This document shows positions 1 to 8,367 of a stretch of DNA of 35,370 nucleotides, piece after piece. Origin of the DNA: Cyanobacteria bacterium J06626_4. Lineage in GTDB: Bacteria; Cyanobacteriota; Cyanobacteriia; Phormidesmidales; Phormidesmidaceae. A program made the translations under genes and the position numbers. The stretch lies in NCBI GenBank assembly GCA_038523235.1, contig JBCBJQ010000062.1:1-35370 (forward strand), in the 5' to 3' direction. The first letter of the stretch is position 1, and each line of letters starts with the position of its first letter. Below the pieces are notes generated by a model, which did no database searches, was not told the origin of the DNA, and saw only the letters and a program-made list of their open reading frames with translations.

Positions 1-1981
1 CGTTGCTGAGGTCGGCGTCGCTGAGGTCGGCGTTGCTGAGGTGGGCGTCGCTGAGGTCGGCGCCGCCGAGGTGGGCGTCGCTGAGGTCGGCGCCGCCGAG
101 GTGGGCGTCGCTGAGGTCGGCGCCGCCGAGGTGGGCGTTGCTGAAGTTGGCGTTGCTGAGGTCGGCGTCGCTGAGGTCGGCGAATGACAAAGAGACTCTT
201 CGTAGCGATCGCCCAGCATCTTTGATTTCTCTTAGCGCTCTACGTAGCGGAACATTGCCAATTTTGTTGTTGTCTGGGTCGTAAGCGTACACGACATCCC
301 AGTGAGGGCGGAGTCTGAAGTAGGTTGCGGCGTGTACGCCCGCATAGCTAGAGAGAGCCAACGGAATGACCAATCCAGCTATCGTAAGCTTTAGTCGATT
401 GTTGCGGCGATGGGTTAGGCTCTTCGACAAATATGTTTCGCCCTGTTCAGATATCGGCAGTTCAGCATTGTGCTGCTTTTGAAAGCGGCGGGCGTCGGAA
501 AGTTGACGACCTTCGAGTAGATAGCGTTTTTGTTGCTTCCGAGTTTGTTGGCTCCACTCCGCGGCGGCTTGCTCGATTTTGCGATGTTGGCGCAACAGGT
601 CGCGATTTTCGTCGAGCCAGGTTCTGAGCTGTGGCCAGTTACGGATAAGAGCTTCGTGAGCGACATCGACGATCGCCCTCCTTTCTCCCCCTTCTAATGT
701 CCGCTCATCGGTGACGACGAGATTGGCATCGGCCAGTCGCTTCACCACTGCGACGACTTGCGCTTCGGGGTGCTGGGCCGAAATCAGGCTGTCTTGGGTA
801 ATGCGGCGGCGGGTGTCTTCTGCGCCTTCGCCCAGTTGAGTCAGGCTCAGAAAGATATGTCTGGCAGTGTGTTGTTGATCGGGGGTGAGAGCAGCGTAGA
901 TGGTGTCGGCGCGCTGTTGCAGGGTGCCGGTGACGCCGCCGAGCTGCATATAGGTGGATAGTTTGAGCTGATGGTCTTGCTGGCGCTGCCACAGTTCCGT
1001 CAGGGTGTATTGCAGCAGGGGCAGGCTGCCAGAGGTGGGGTCAACGTCTTTGAGTAGGGCTTCGACCAGGCCCGGTTCTAGCGAGATACCCACCTGGCGG
1101 GCGGGGGCGGTGATGGCCTGAGTAAGTTCTGCCGGGCTCATGGGCAGCACCGGTTCCAGGTGGGTTTTGACCTGGGTGGCGAGGCCGCTGTAGTCGGCTT
1201 CAAAGCATTTGCCGACAAAGTCCGATCGCATCGCCAAAATCAACCGTAGGCGATCGGTGGCAGCCAGGGCACCCAATAGGGTGGCAAAGAAGGTTTGCCG
1301 TTCGGTGGGGTCGTGGCACAGGGTAAAGGCTTCTTCAAACTGATCGACCACGAGCACGACGCGGTTTTGGGGGGAGGTTCTGACCAAACTGGCTAGCCCT
1401 GTCGCCCCCTTACGCATCAGCTCATCCACCGTTTGTAGCTGGTGGGCGCGCTCCAGGCGTTCCAGGGTTTCATCTACAAAGGCCAGGCCCAGGTTTTGTA
1501 AAGGCTGCTCACCGGGGACGAGGAGGCGGATTTCGCTGTCGCCGCGATCTTTGAACTGCTGCAACAATCCGGCCCGCAGCACCGAGGATTTGCCGCTGCC
1601 GGAGGCCCCGACGATCGCCAAAAAGTTTTCCTGCTCCACCTTTTCCAGCAGGGTTTGGGTCAGCGCTTCGCGACCGTAAAAGTATTGATAGTCGTGATCG
1701 TTGCAGTCGAAGTAAGACAGGCCCTTGTAGGGGCAGATGGCCGTCTGAGATGGGGCTGTTTTGCCCAGGGTCTGATACAGCACTTCCTGGACTGCCTGTA
1801 GGCCGACGCCTGTTGGCCCTTCCGCCCAGTTGAGCAAGGTTTCTACCCGCTTGCCTTGCGCGGCGGTGTCGTCGGGGATGATGCCGCTGGGCGGGTTCAG
1901 GGCAAACGAGATCGCGCCAAACTGCCCTGAAGGCAGGGCGCTGAGGGTGTCAAAGAGTTCCTGGCGTTCAAAGGCGAGCAT
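1..1981 (-). CDS. NLR-like STAND NTPase (nSTAND1 type) with N-terminal small helical domain, TM helix and C-terminal pentapeptide repeats; 3' end runs off the window
   Basis: Manual translation from ATG at 1981: MLAFERQELFDTLSALP...CPYKGLSYF...FYGRE...AIVGASGSGKSSVLRAGL (Walker A), VVLVVDQFEEAF (Walker B), VDVAHEALIRNWPQL, hydrophobic LTIAGLVIPLALSSYAGV, then ADLSD/AHLGG repeats in the same frame to position 2. Absent from the ORF track because no stop lies inside the window. Confidence 0.9.
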   Translation of the reverse strand, partial: MLAFERQELFDTLSALPSGQFGAISFALNPPSGIIPDDTAAQGKRVETLLNWAEGPTGVGLQAVQEVLYQTLGKTAPSQTAICPYKGLSYFDCNDHDYQYFYGREALTQTLLEKVEQENFLAIVGASGSGKSSVLRAGLLQQFKDRGDSEIRLLVPGEQPLQNLGLAFVDETLERLERAHQLQTVDELMRKGATGLASLVRTSPQNRVVLVVDQFEEAFTLCHDPTERQTFFATLLGALAATDRLRLILAMRSDFVGKCFEADYSGLATQVKTHLEPVLPMSPAELTQAITAPARQVGISLEPGLVEALLKDVDPTSGSLPLLQYTLTELWQRQQDHQLKLSTYMQLGGVTGTLQQRADTIYAALTPDQQHTARHIFLSLTQLGEGAEDTRRRITQDSLISAQHPEAQVVAVVKRLADANLVVTDERTLEGGERRAIVDVAHEALIRNWPQLRTWLDENRDLLRQHRKIEQAAAEWSQQTRKQQKRYLLEGRQLSDARRFQKQHNAELPISEQGETYLSKSLTHRRNNRLKLTIAGLVIPLALSSYAGVHAATYFRLRPHWDVVYAYDPDNNKIGNVPLRRALREIKDAGRSLRRVSLSFADLSDADLSNANFSNAHLGGADLSDAHLGGADLSDAHLGGADLSDAHLSNADLSDADLSN
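2..181 (-). repeat. Pentapeptide-encoding 15-bp tandem repeat (12 units visible) with a near-triplicated 30-bp unit
   Basis: + strand CTGAGGTCGGCGCCGCCGAGGTGGGCGT repeated three times; minus frame reads ADLSD ADLSN ANFSN AHLGG ADLSD AHLGG ADLSD AHLGG ADLSD AHLSN ADLSD ADLSN. Confidence 0.9.
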
Positions 1982-2377
1982 GGGCAAAGGGATGCACTCT
2001 AGACAAGCTTCAAATCAAAAAGCGACGATTTCACCGAGAATCACCGCCATCCTATGTCATCTTTGCATCGCGAGAAGCTCCTCTGGCACGTAGCAATTGC
2101 CTGGGAAATCATGCCAAGCTCCCTGGTTTCTGTCGGGAAGACCGTGACCATAACAACGGGGGTGAGAAACCGGGGAACTGATCGCCCGAATTTTCATCAA
2201 ATAATGCCAAAAGCCAGAGGGGCGATCGTCCCTCCCGCTTTTGTTTCCCCCTTTTCCGGTCGCTGGTTCATGAATCGGTATCAAAACCCTGGCGGGGTGA
2301 GAATGCCTGGGCATCACGGCCAGCCACCGTATCGCAGAATACGAAGTCCATCCATGCATATGCGGTCTTTTTGTCAA

Positions 2378-2402
2378 TGATTAAGTCTTAAAGACTTAAT
2401 CA
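2378..2402. promoter_or_regulatory. 25-bp palindrome, candidate operator in the divergent STAND/proV intergenic region
   Basis: TGATTAAGTCTT-A-AAGACTTAATCA: perfect 12-bp arms with a 1-nt centre. Confidence 0.45.
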
Positions 2403-2822
2403 GAATTTAAAGAGCAGTCAATTCTTCAGCAAAATCCAAATGTTCTTATAGCCTCTGCATCTAAAATAGATGTAGAGCAGTTTATTAACGACCAGGTCTA
2501 CAGCAGAGAAAGTTCCGTAGATGGTCATAATTCGGTAACCTGTAGTGGCTCAGTGGTGCAGAAAACTTTTTTGAGTCTCAGGTATAGATAGCTTTGATGG
2601 GGAAAATAGCGGCTGCCAGACACTGCCTTTTTTCGATTTTTTGAAACCCCCAAATCACTGTTTTACTGAGAGTCTTCCCTTTGACTAGGGTTTCAAGGGT
2701 TTTCTGCACCACCCAGCCTGGAGTGGTCATTGATTCAGAGGGCTGCAAGTTCTTAAGAGGAGGTGGGTTTGTCGCTCTGTTTGAGTGAACTAGCCGACTG
2801 CTCGACTTCATCGGAGTTAGCA

Positions 2823-4070
2823 ATGTCAAGTTCACAGCCTAAGATCAAGATAGAGAATCTGGTTAAAATTTACGGCAAAAATCCGGCCCATGCCCTAAAG
2901 CTTTTTCGGGAAGGGGGGAATCGAGATGACATTTTGCAAGCGACGGGGCATGTGTTAGGCGTCGCTGATGTTTCGCTCTCCATTGCGGAGGGGGAATTGT
3001 TTGTCATTATGGGGCTCTCCGGCTCCGGCAAGTCGACGTTGGTGCGGTGTCTCAATCGTTTGATTGAGCCGACCAGTGGTCATGTTTACATTGATGGCGA
3101 AGATGTCGCCAAGGTGGATTTGCCCCGGCTACGAGAGGTGCGTCGCACCCAGATCTCGATGGTCTTTCAGCGGTTTGGTCTGTTTCCCCATAAGTCAGTT
3201 TTAGAAAATACTGAATATGGCTTGAAGATGCGGGGCATTCCTGTTGAGGAGCGTCGACAAAAAGCACTTGAGACCCTCGAAATTGTCGGTCTGCAAAAGT
3301 GGGCCGATTACTCGCCTAGTGCTCTCAGTGGGGGTATGCAGCAACGGGTGGGGTTGGCCCGGGCGCTGGCAACGGATGCGCCGATTTTATTGATGGACGA
3401 AGCCTTTAGTGCCCTCGATCCATTGATCCGCCGAGAGATGCAAGACGAGTTGATGCGGTTACAAACCGAATTGCATCGCACCATTGTGTTTATCAGTCAC
3501 GATATTCAAGAAGCGCTGAAAATTGGCGATCGCGTCGCCATCATGAAGGATGGTTATCTCGTCCAAGTGGGGACGCCAGAAGAAATTATCACCAACCCCG
3601 TGGATGATTACATTGTGGCCTTCACTCAAGATGTGAACCGGGCTCAGGTCTTAAAGACGGGCTCGATTGTGCGGAAAACCGTGCCCTTTATCTTGGGGCA
3701 GGGGTCAGCCCGCGCCGCGTTGGAAGATATGCAAACCCACCAACGCCGTCGCATGCATGTGGTTGACCGCCAAGGCAAACCGGTCGGCATCCTCAACCGT
3801 AAAGATCTGGAAAACGCCGTGCAAAGCGGTGTGGAAGCGGTGGAATCGGTCATGCGGACAGATTTCCCCACGGTGGAAGCCTCGACCAGTCTGGAAGAAA
3901 TTTTCCACCTGGCTCAATATGGCGCGCCCATTGCGGTGGTTAACCGCAAAGGCAAGTTTAAGGGCGTGGTCGAGCAGTCCGATATTCTCGCTAGCATTGG
4001 TCGCCTCAGCCACGGCGCTGAGGAAGATGGGGCCGCGCCCGAGTCCCTGGTTGGCCCAGTCGCTGTTTGA
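2823..4070 (+). CDS. proV: Glycine betaine/L-proline ABC transporter ATP-binding protein with C-terminal CBS pair
   Basis: GLSGSGKS Walker A, LSGGMQQRVGLARAL signature, LLMDEAFSALDPLIR, CBS-like tail. ATG at 2823 has GGAG upstream and is preferred over GTG 2763. Confidence 0.95.
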   Translation: MSSSQPKIKIENLVKIYGKNPAHALKLFREGGNRDDILQATGHVLGVADVSLSIAEGELFVIMGLSGSGKSTLVRCLNRLIEPTSGHVYIDGEDVAKVDLPRLREVRRTQISMVFQRFGLFPHKSVLENTEYGLKMRGIPVEERRQKALETLEIVGLQKWADYSPSALSGGMQQRVGLARALATDAPILLMDEAFSALDPLIRREMQDELMRLQTELHRTIVFISHDIQEALKIGDRVAIMKDGYLVQVGTPEEIITNPVDDYIVAFTQDVNRAQVLKTGSIVRKTVPFILGQGSARAALEDMQTHQRRRMHVVDRQGKPVGILNRKDLENAVQSGVEAVESVMRTDFPTVEASTSLEEIFHLAQYGAPIAVVNRKGKFKGVVEQSDILASIGRLSHGAEEDGAAPESLVGPVAV

Positions 4071-4189
4071 TCGAGCGGCGGTTGCGGCGACTCAGGTCGC
4101 TAATCGGTGCGCTCTGACGACAGTTCCGGGTCACTTTTGGTCATCGGAGTCGGTCAGCCACCAAGCCTCAGCTGTAATTTTCTTAAATC

Positions 4190-5152
4190 ATGGATACTGC
4201 AATTCAAGACTTTTTTAACTGGTTATTTCTCAACCAGTCGACGGAGATTATTCTGTTGGGCGATTGGATTTCGGCAGCGGTGGATTGGATTGTGACCAAC
4301 TTCCGCTGGATTTTTCAAATTATCCGAGTCCCCATTAGCCAAACCCTCAATGGGATTGAGGCATTTTTGCAAGCAGTGCCCCCGGTTGTTTTTCTGGCGG
4401 TGCTGGGGTTATTTGCCTGGCAATTTGCCAGTCGGGGGCTAGCGATCTTCAGTGTGCTGGCCATGACCTTTGTGGGGTTGATGGGCGCTTGGCCAGAAAC
4501 CATGACCACTTTGTCTCTGGTGATCACGGCAGTCGTGCTGTGCATTTTGGTCGGTTTGCCATTGGGCATCGCCTCGGCGCGTAGCGATCGCGTTGAGGCC
4601 GCCATTCGACCGATCTTAGATGCGATGCAAACGCTACCCGCGTTTGTCTACCTGGTGCCGGTGGTCATGCTATTTGGCACCGGCAAGGTGCCCGGGGTCA
4701 TTGTGACCTTTATTTTTGCCGTGCCCCCGCTGATCCGCCTGACTAACATCGGCATTCGTCAAGTTTCTCTGGAAACGATTGAAGCAGCCCAGTCTTTTGG
4801 CTCAACGCCGGGACAAATGCTCTGGGAAGTGCAAATTCCGCTGGCGATGCCCACCATTTTGGCGGGCATCAACCAGTCCATTATGCTGGCGCTGTCGATG
4901 GTCGTCATTGCCTCACTGATTGCGGTCGAAGGGTTAGGCCAAATGGTCAACCGAGGCATTGGCCGCTTAGATGTGGGTCTGGCGGCAGTGGGCGGACTCG
5001 GTATTGTCATCATGGCGGTGGTGCTAGATCGCCTGACGCAAGGGATTGGCCACTCGTCTCAGAGCGGCGTGTCTTGGCAAGATCGTGGCCCCGTTGGGGC
5101 CATTCGCAAGGTTCTGGGCAAACGTTCTCAGCCGCCGACGGTGACGCCCTAG
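4190..5152 (+). CDS. proW: Glycine betaine/L-proline ABC transporter permease
   Basis: RPILDAMQTLPAFVYLVP, EAA loop EAAQSFG, multiple TM helices. Confidence 0.95.
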   Translation: MDTAIQDFFNWLFLNQSTEIILLGDWISAAVDWIVTNFRWIFQIIRVPISQTLNGIEAFLQAVPPVVFLAVLGLFAWQFASRGLAIFSVLAMTFVGLMGAWPETMTTLSLVITAVVLCILVGLPLGIASARSDRVEAAIRPILDAMQTLPAFVYLVPVVMLFGTGKVPGVIVTFIFAVPPLIRLTNIGIRQVSLETIEAAQSFGSTPGQMLWEVQIPLAMPTILAGINQSIMLALSMVVIASLIAVEGLGQMVNRGIGRLDVGLAAVGGLGIVIMAVVLDRLTQGIGHSSQSGVSWQDRGPVGAIRKVLGKRSQPPTVTP

Positions 5153-5248
5153 GGGTTGCCTTACCCTAGTCCCAATCGGTCTTTGGGGCCTTGGGGACTG
5201 GGTTGATCGTGTTTTTTCTGTTTTCTGTACTCCACTTTTTGAAACATT

Positions 5249-6349
5249 ATGGTTTTTAATTTCCATCTATCCACTTTCTCAGTGCCCACCCAAAAGCTGG
5301 GCCTAGCGGCGACCTTGGCGATGGTGATCGCGGGCGTATCGGCCTGTGGCTCGGGCGAGCAAGCCACCGACTCAGGGGCGGAATCGGGCGAAACGACTGA
5401 AGAAACGGCCACGGCCACTGACACGCCGGGAGAAGGGGTTGGCGTCACTCCCGGTTATGCCGTGCTGGAAGAACTCTTTCAGACCGAAATCGTCAATATT
5501 GGTCTAGAGCGCATGGGGTACACCATCGAATCCCCCAAAGAGCTGGAATATGCCACGCTGCACGTGGATACTGCTAACGGCGGCATCACCTATACCTCGG
5601 CCCACTGGGAAACGCTGCACGAAGAGTTTTATACCAACAGCGGCGGCGACGAAGCTTTACAACGCACGGGCACCTATATTGCCAATGTGCTGCAGGGCTA
5701 CAAGATCGATCAGGCCACGGCGGAAGAATACAACATCACGTCACTTGATCAACTGCAAGACCCCGAAATTGCCGCTTTGTTTGATACTGACGGGGATGGC
5801 AAGGCCAACCTCACCGGCTGTAACCCTGGTTGGGGCTGTGAACTGGTCATTGAGCACCAGCTGGATGAATATGGCCTGCGCGACACCGTGCAGCATGATC
5901 AAGGCCAGTATTTTGCTCTGATCGCTGACACGATTACCCGCTATGAACAAGGTGAGCCCATCTTGTTTTATACCTGGACGCCTCTCTGGGTGAGCGGTAT
6001 CCTTCGGGAGGGTGAGGATGTCACCTGGTTAGAAGTGCCTTATACCAGCCTGCCAGAGGCCCAGGCTCAGGTCACCGAAGAAGAAACAAGTGCTGAAGGC
6101 AAAAATTTGGGCTTTGCCGTAGACCAACAAGTGATTTTGGCCAACCAAGCGTTCGTGGATGAAAATCCGGCTGCTACCAAGTTCTTTGAGTTGGTTGAGG
6201 TGCCCATTGGCGATGTCAGTGCGCAAAATCAGCTCATGCAGGATGGCGAAGATACGCCAGAGCAAATTCGCGAACATGCCGAAGCTTGGGTGACCGACAA
6301 TCAGGATTTATTCGACGGCTGGATCGAGGAGGCGATCGCGACTCAGTAA
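5249..6349 (+). CDS. proX: Glycine betaine/L-proline ABC transporter substrate-binding lipoprotein
   Basis: Lipobox VSAC, DGDGKANLTGCNPGWGCE and FYTWTPLW ProX motifs; strongly acidic composition. Confidence 0.93.
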   Translation: MVFNFHLSTFSVPTQKLGLAATLAMVIAGVSACGSGEQATDSGAESGETTEETATATDTPGEGVGVTPGYAVLEELFQTEIVNIGLERMGYTIESPKELEYATLHVDTANGGITYTSAHWETLHEEFYTNSGGDEALQRTGTYIANVLQGYKIDQATAEEYNITSLDQLQDPEIAALFDTDGDGKANLTGCNPGWGCELVIEHQLDEYGLRDTVQHDQGQYFALIADTITRYEQGEPILFYTWTPLWVSGILREGEDVTWLEVPYTSLPEAQAQVTEEETSAEGKNLGFAVDQQVILANQAFVDENPAATKFFELVEVPIGDVSAQNQLMQDGEDTPEQIREHAEAWVTDNQDLFDGWIEEAIATQ

Positions 6350-6374
6350 ATCCGATTAATTGAGTAACTTAGCC

Positions 6375-6410
6375 AAAGCCCGCCTGGCAGGATTAGTCCT
6401 GGTGGGCTTT
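6375..6410 (+). terminator. Stem-loop after proX
   Basis: AAAGCCCGCC...CAGGA-TTAG-TCCTG...GTGGGCTTT, 25 nt after the stop codon. Confidence 0.55.
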
Positions 6411-6533
6411 CGGTTGAGTGATGCGGAAATGTAGGAAGGTGAAGGGAAGAGCCTTGCCGCCAACGATCCGGCGATTAGAAGTGTCCAAACCTGGCTGCGG
6501 CTCGCCCTACACTACTCGTCCAGAATCATTCCA

Positions 6534-6587
6534 TAAAAACCTGAGAAGCCGGCGGGGCGATGGCCCCGCCGGCTTCTCAGGTTTTTA
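6534..6587. terminator. Perfect 25-bp-stem hairpin, likely bidirectional terminator between convergent proX and grxD
   Basis: TAAAAACCTGAGAAGCCGGCGGGGC-GATG-GCCCCGCCGGCTTCTCAGGTTTTTA, with A and T tracts at the ends. Confidence 0.8.
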
Positions 6588-6602
6588 CCGGTCGCGTTAA
6601 CA

Positions 6603-6926
6603 CTATGAAGCGAGGGCAACCTCGACCGTTTCTTGTAGTTGACCGCTGTTATACAGCTCGATCAAAATGTCAGAGCCGCCCAAAAATTCACCATTCAGGT
6701 AAACCTGGGGAATGGTGGGCCAGTTGGAATATTCTTTGATGCCCTGGCGAATTTCGGGGTCAGAGAGCACGTCGAAGGTTTCAAAAGGGACGCCCAGCAC
6801 GTTGAGAATTTGGACGACGTTGTTCGAGAAGCCACACTGGGGCATCAGCTTGTTGCCCTTCATGAAAATCATGATTTTGTTGCCGTTGATCAGGCTTTCG
6901 ATGCGTTCTTTAGTTTCGGGGTTCAT
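6603..6926 (-). CDS. grxD: Monothiol glutaredoxin, Grx4 family
   Basis: PQCGFS active site, WPTIPQ and GGSD motifs; adjacent to bolA. Confidence 0.97.
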   Translation of the reverse strand: MNPETKERIESLINGNKIMIFMKGNKLMPQCGFSNNVVQILNVLGVPFETFDVLSDPEIRQGIKEYSNWPTIPQVYLNGEFLGGSDILIELYNSGQLQETVEVALAS

Positions 6927-7004
6927 GGTTTAATACCTCGGGGGTGGGGTGGGTGGAAAGACGATTAGCCGCGATCGCACTTTTGCAAATGGGAGCGATC
7001 GCCA

Positions 7005-7265
7005 TTAAGCACTTTGGCTAACGCTAGACCAGGTTTCGGGGGTATAGGTTTTGAGGGCCAAGGCGTGAATGGCCTCGCTCGACATGGCCGTCTGTACGGC
7101 TTTGTAAACGAGCTGATGCTGCTGCACGAGTGAGCGGCCGGCAAATTCGGTGGAAACCACAGTGACTTCGAAGTGGTCGCCCCCGCCGGTGAGGTCATTA
7201 ACGCGGACTTCGGCATCAGACATTTCTGCCTGAATCATTGAGACTATTTGATCGGCTGTGACCAT
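7005..7265 (-). CDS. bolA: BolA family protein
   Basis: [16 protein letters not shown] and IHALALKT motifs. Confidence 0.95.
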   Translation of the reverse strand: MVTADQIVSMIQAEMSDAEVRVNDLTGGGDHFEVTVVSTEFAGRSLVQQHQLVYKAVQTAMSSEAIHALALKTYTPETWSSVSQSA

Positions 7266-7451
7266 CGGTTTGCCCTTGAGATTGTTGACTAAAGGCTAAT
7301 CAGTTTCAGTTCTTCAGTGTAGCGAAATTCTGGGGTGTAACTTGTTAAATCCGTGACTGTCGCTGCTTTCGATGCGCGATCGCGATCAGTGTTTCCGACT
7401 GCTTAGCAAGTTGGTAAGCGGAGATCACACAGAGCTAGGAACCTCTTCCAA

Positions 7452-7584
7452 CCTCTCCTTAAATAAGAAGAGGAACCAGAACTCTGACTAAGCCTCTCCT
7501 TGATAAGGAGAGGTGCCGCAGGCGGTGAGGTTACCCACTCAGGTGCAGAACCCAGAACCTGCCTTGCCTCCAATTAAAAAGAGG
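7452..7584. repeat. Cyanobacterial short dispersed palindromic repeat cluster (CCTCTCCTT-n3/4-AAGGAGAGG type), three decaying units
   Basis: CCTCTCCTT-AAAT-AAGAAGAGG (7452-7473), CCTCTCCTT-GAT-AAGGAGAGG (7493-7513), degenerate CCTC...GAGG (7567-7584). Confidence 0.7.
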
Positions 7585-7597
7585 AATCGGGAATCGG

Positions 7598-8155
7598 CTA
7601 GAGCTCATAGGGCGCTTCGACAAAGCCCATTTCAAACAGCTGATCATAGGCTTGGTTGCCCAGCTCGCGGGTGGGCTGCTGACTGCGCAAGACTTCCATA
7701 AACAGGGGGACGGCTTCTTCCGGAGCATCTTGGCTGCGATGCACCAGCGCCAGCTGATAGGTGACTTCATCCCGCTTTTGGGCGGTGTCTAGCGCCAGGT
7801 CACGGTTGCTGCGGTTTTGCCGCGTGTCGATACCAAAAAACATCTCGGCTAGTTCTTTGTAGTAGGTCGACAGCTCGTTGTAGAGTTCGCGAGCTTCGGT
7901 GAGTTTAGCGATCGCCGTGGTGAAATCACCGTTTGTGATGGCCTGACTAGCATCAGTGGTGAGCTGCTCGGCATAGGAAACGCTAAAGTCGCTGCCAGAG
8001 ACCTGATCAACGCGACGCACATCTGAAGGGGGGGCTTCTTCGCCTTCTTGGGCCAGGGTGGGGGCAGCGACGACACCGGCAATGGTCACGGCGAGCAACC
8101 CACCGCCAACCCAATAAAATATTTTTTGCACGCGGGGAAATAAACAAACAGCCAT
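7598..8155 (-). CDS. Conserved cyanobacterial exported helical (TPR-like) hypothetical protein
   Basis: Signal-peptide-like LLAVTIAGVVAAPTLAQ followed by a helical-looking body. ATG 8155 preferred over GTG 8323. Confidence 0.8.
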   Translation of the reverse strand: MAVCLFPRVQKIFYWVGGGLLAVTIAGVVAAPTLAQEGEEAPPSDVRRVDQVSGSDFSVSYAEQLTTDASQAITNGDFTTAIAKLTEARELYNELSTYYKELAEMFFGIDTRQNRSNRDLALDTAQKRDEVTYQLALVHRSQDAPEEAVPLFMEVLRSQQPTRELGNQAYDQLFEMGFVEAPYEL

Positions 8156-8367
8156 GGGAAACCTGGGTCGAACGTTAAGGGCAAAGGGGGCAAATGAACT
8201 GAGGTATCTTACCACTTCACTTGTGACTAAATGCGAATGGCGGGCCGCTGTCATCGAATGGGTTCGGTATGGTTGAGGCAGGCTAGGGCGATCGCGGTCA
8301 CAACGCGGCAAGATTTCAGTCACTTGTTAGACGGTTGACCCAGCGTGGAAGTTCCGAGGCATGAGGC

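Noticed and set aside
1..181. Possible CRISPR array
   Set aside because: Units are contiguous 15/30-mers without unique spacers and encode in-frame pentapeptide repeats.
3..284. + strand 93-aa ORF of LRSA repeats
   Set aside because: Antisense shadow of the pentapeptide region.
2150..2335. Cobalamin-riboswitch-like fragments (GGTGAGAAT...CACGG...GCCACCGTA; GGGGTGAGAA twice)
   Set aside because: No correctly placed GGGAA element or B12 box, wrong spacing, and no cobalamin-related downstream gene.
2054..2380. Overlapping 106-108 aa ORFs on both strands
   Set aside because: No recognisable motifs or RBS; probably chance ORFs.
5149..5240. Stem-loops and T-rich tract between proW and proX
   Set aside because: Weak imperfect stems; intercistronic structure before a binding-protein gene is ordinary.
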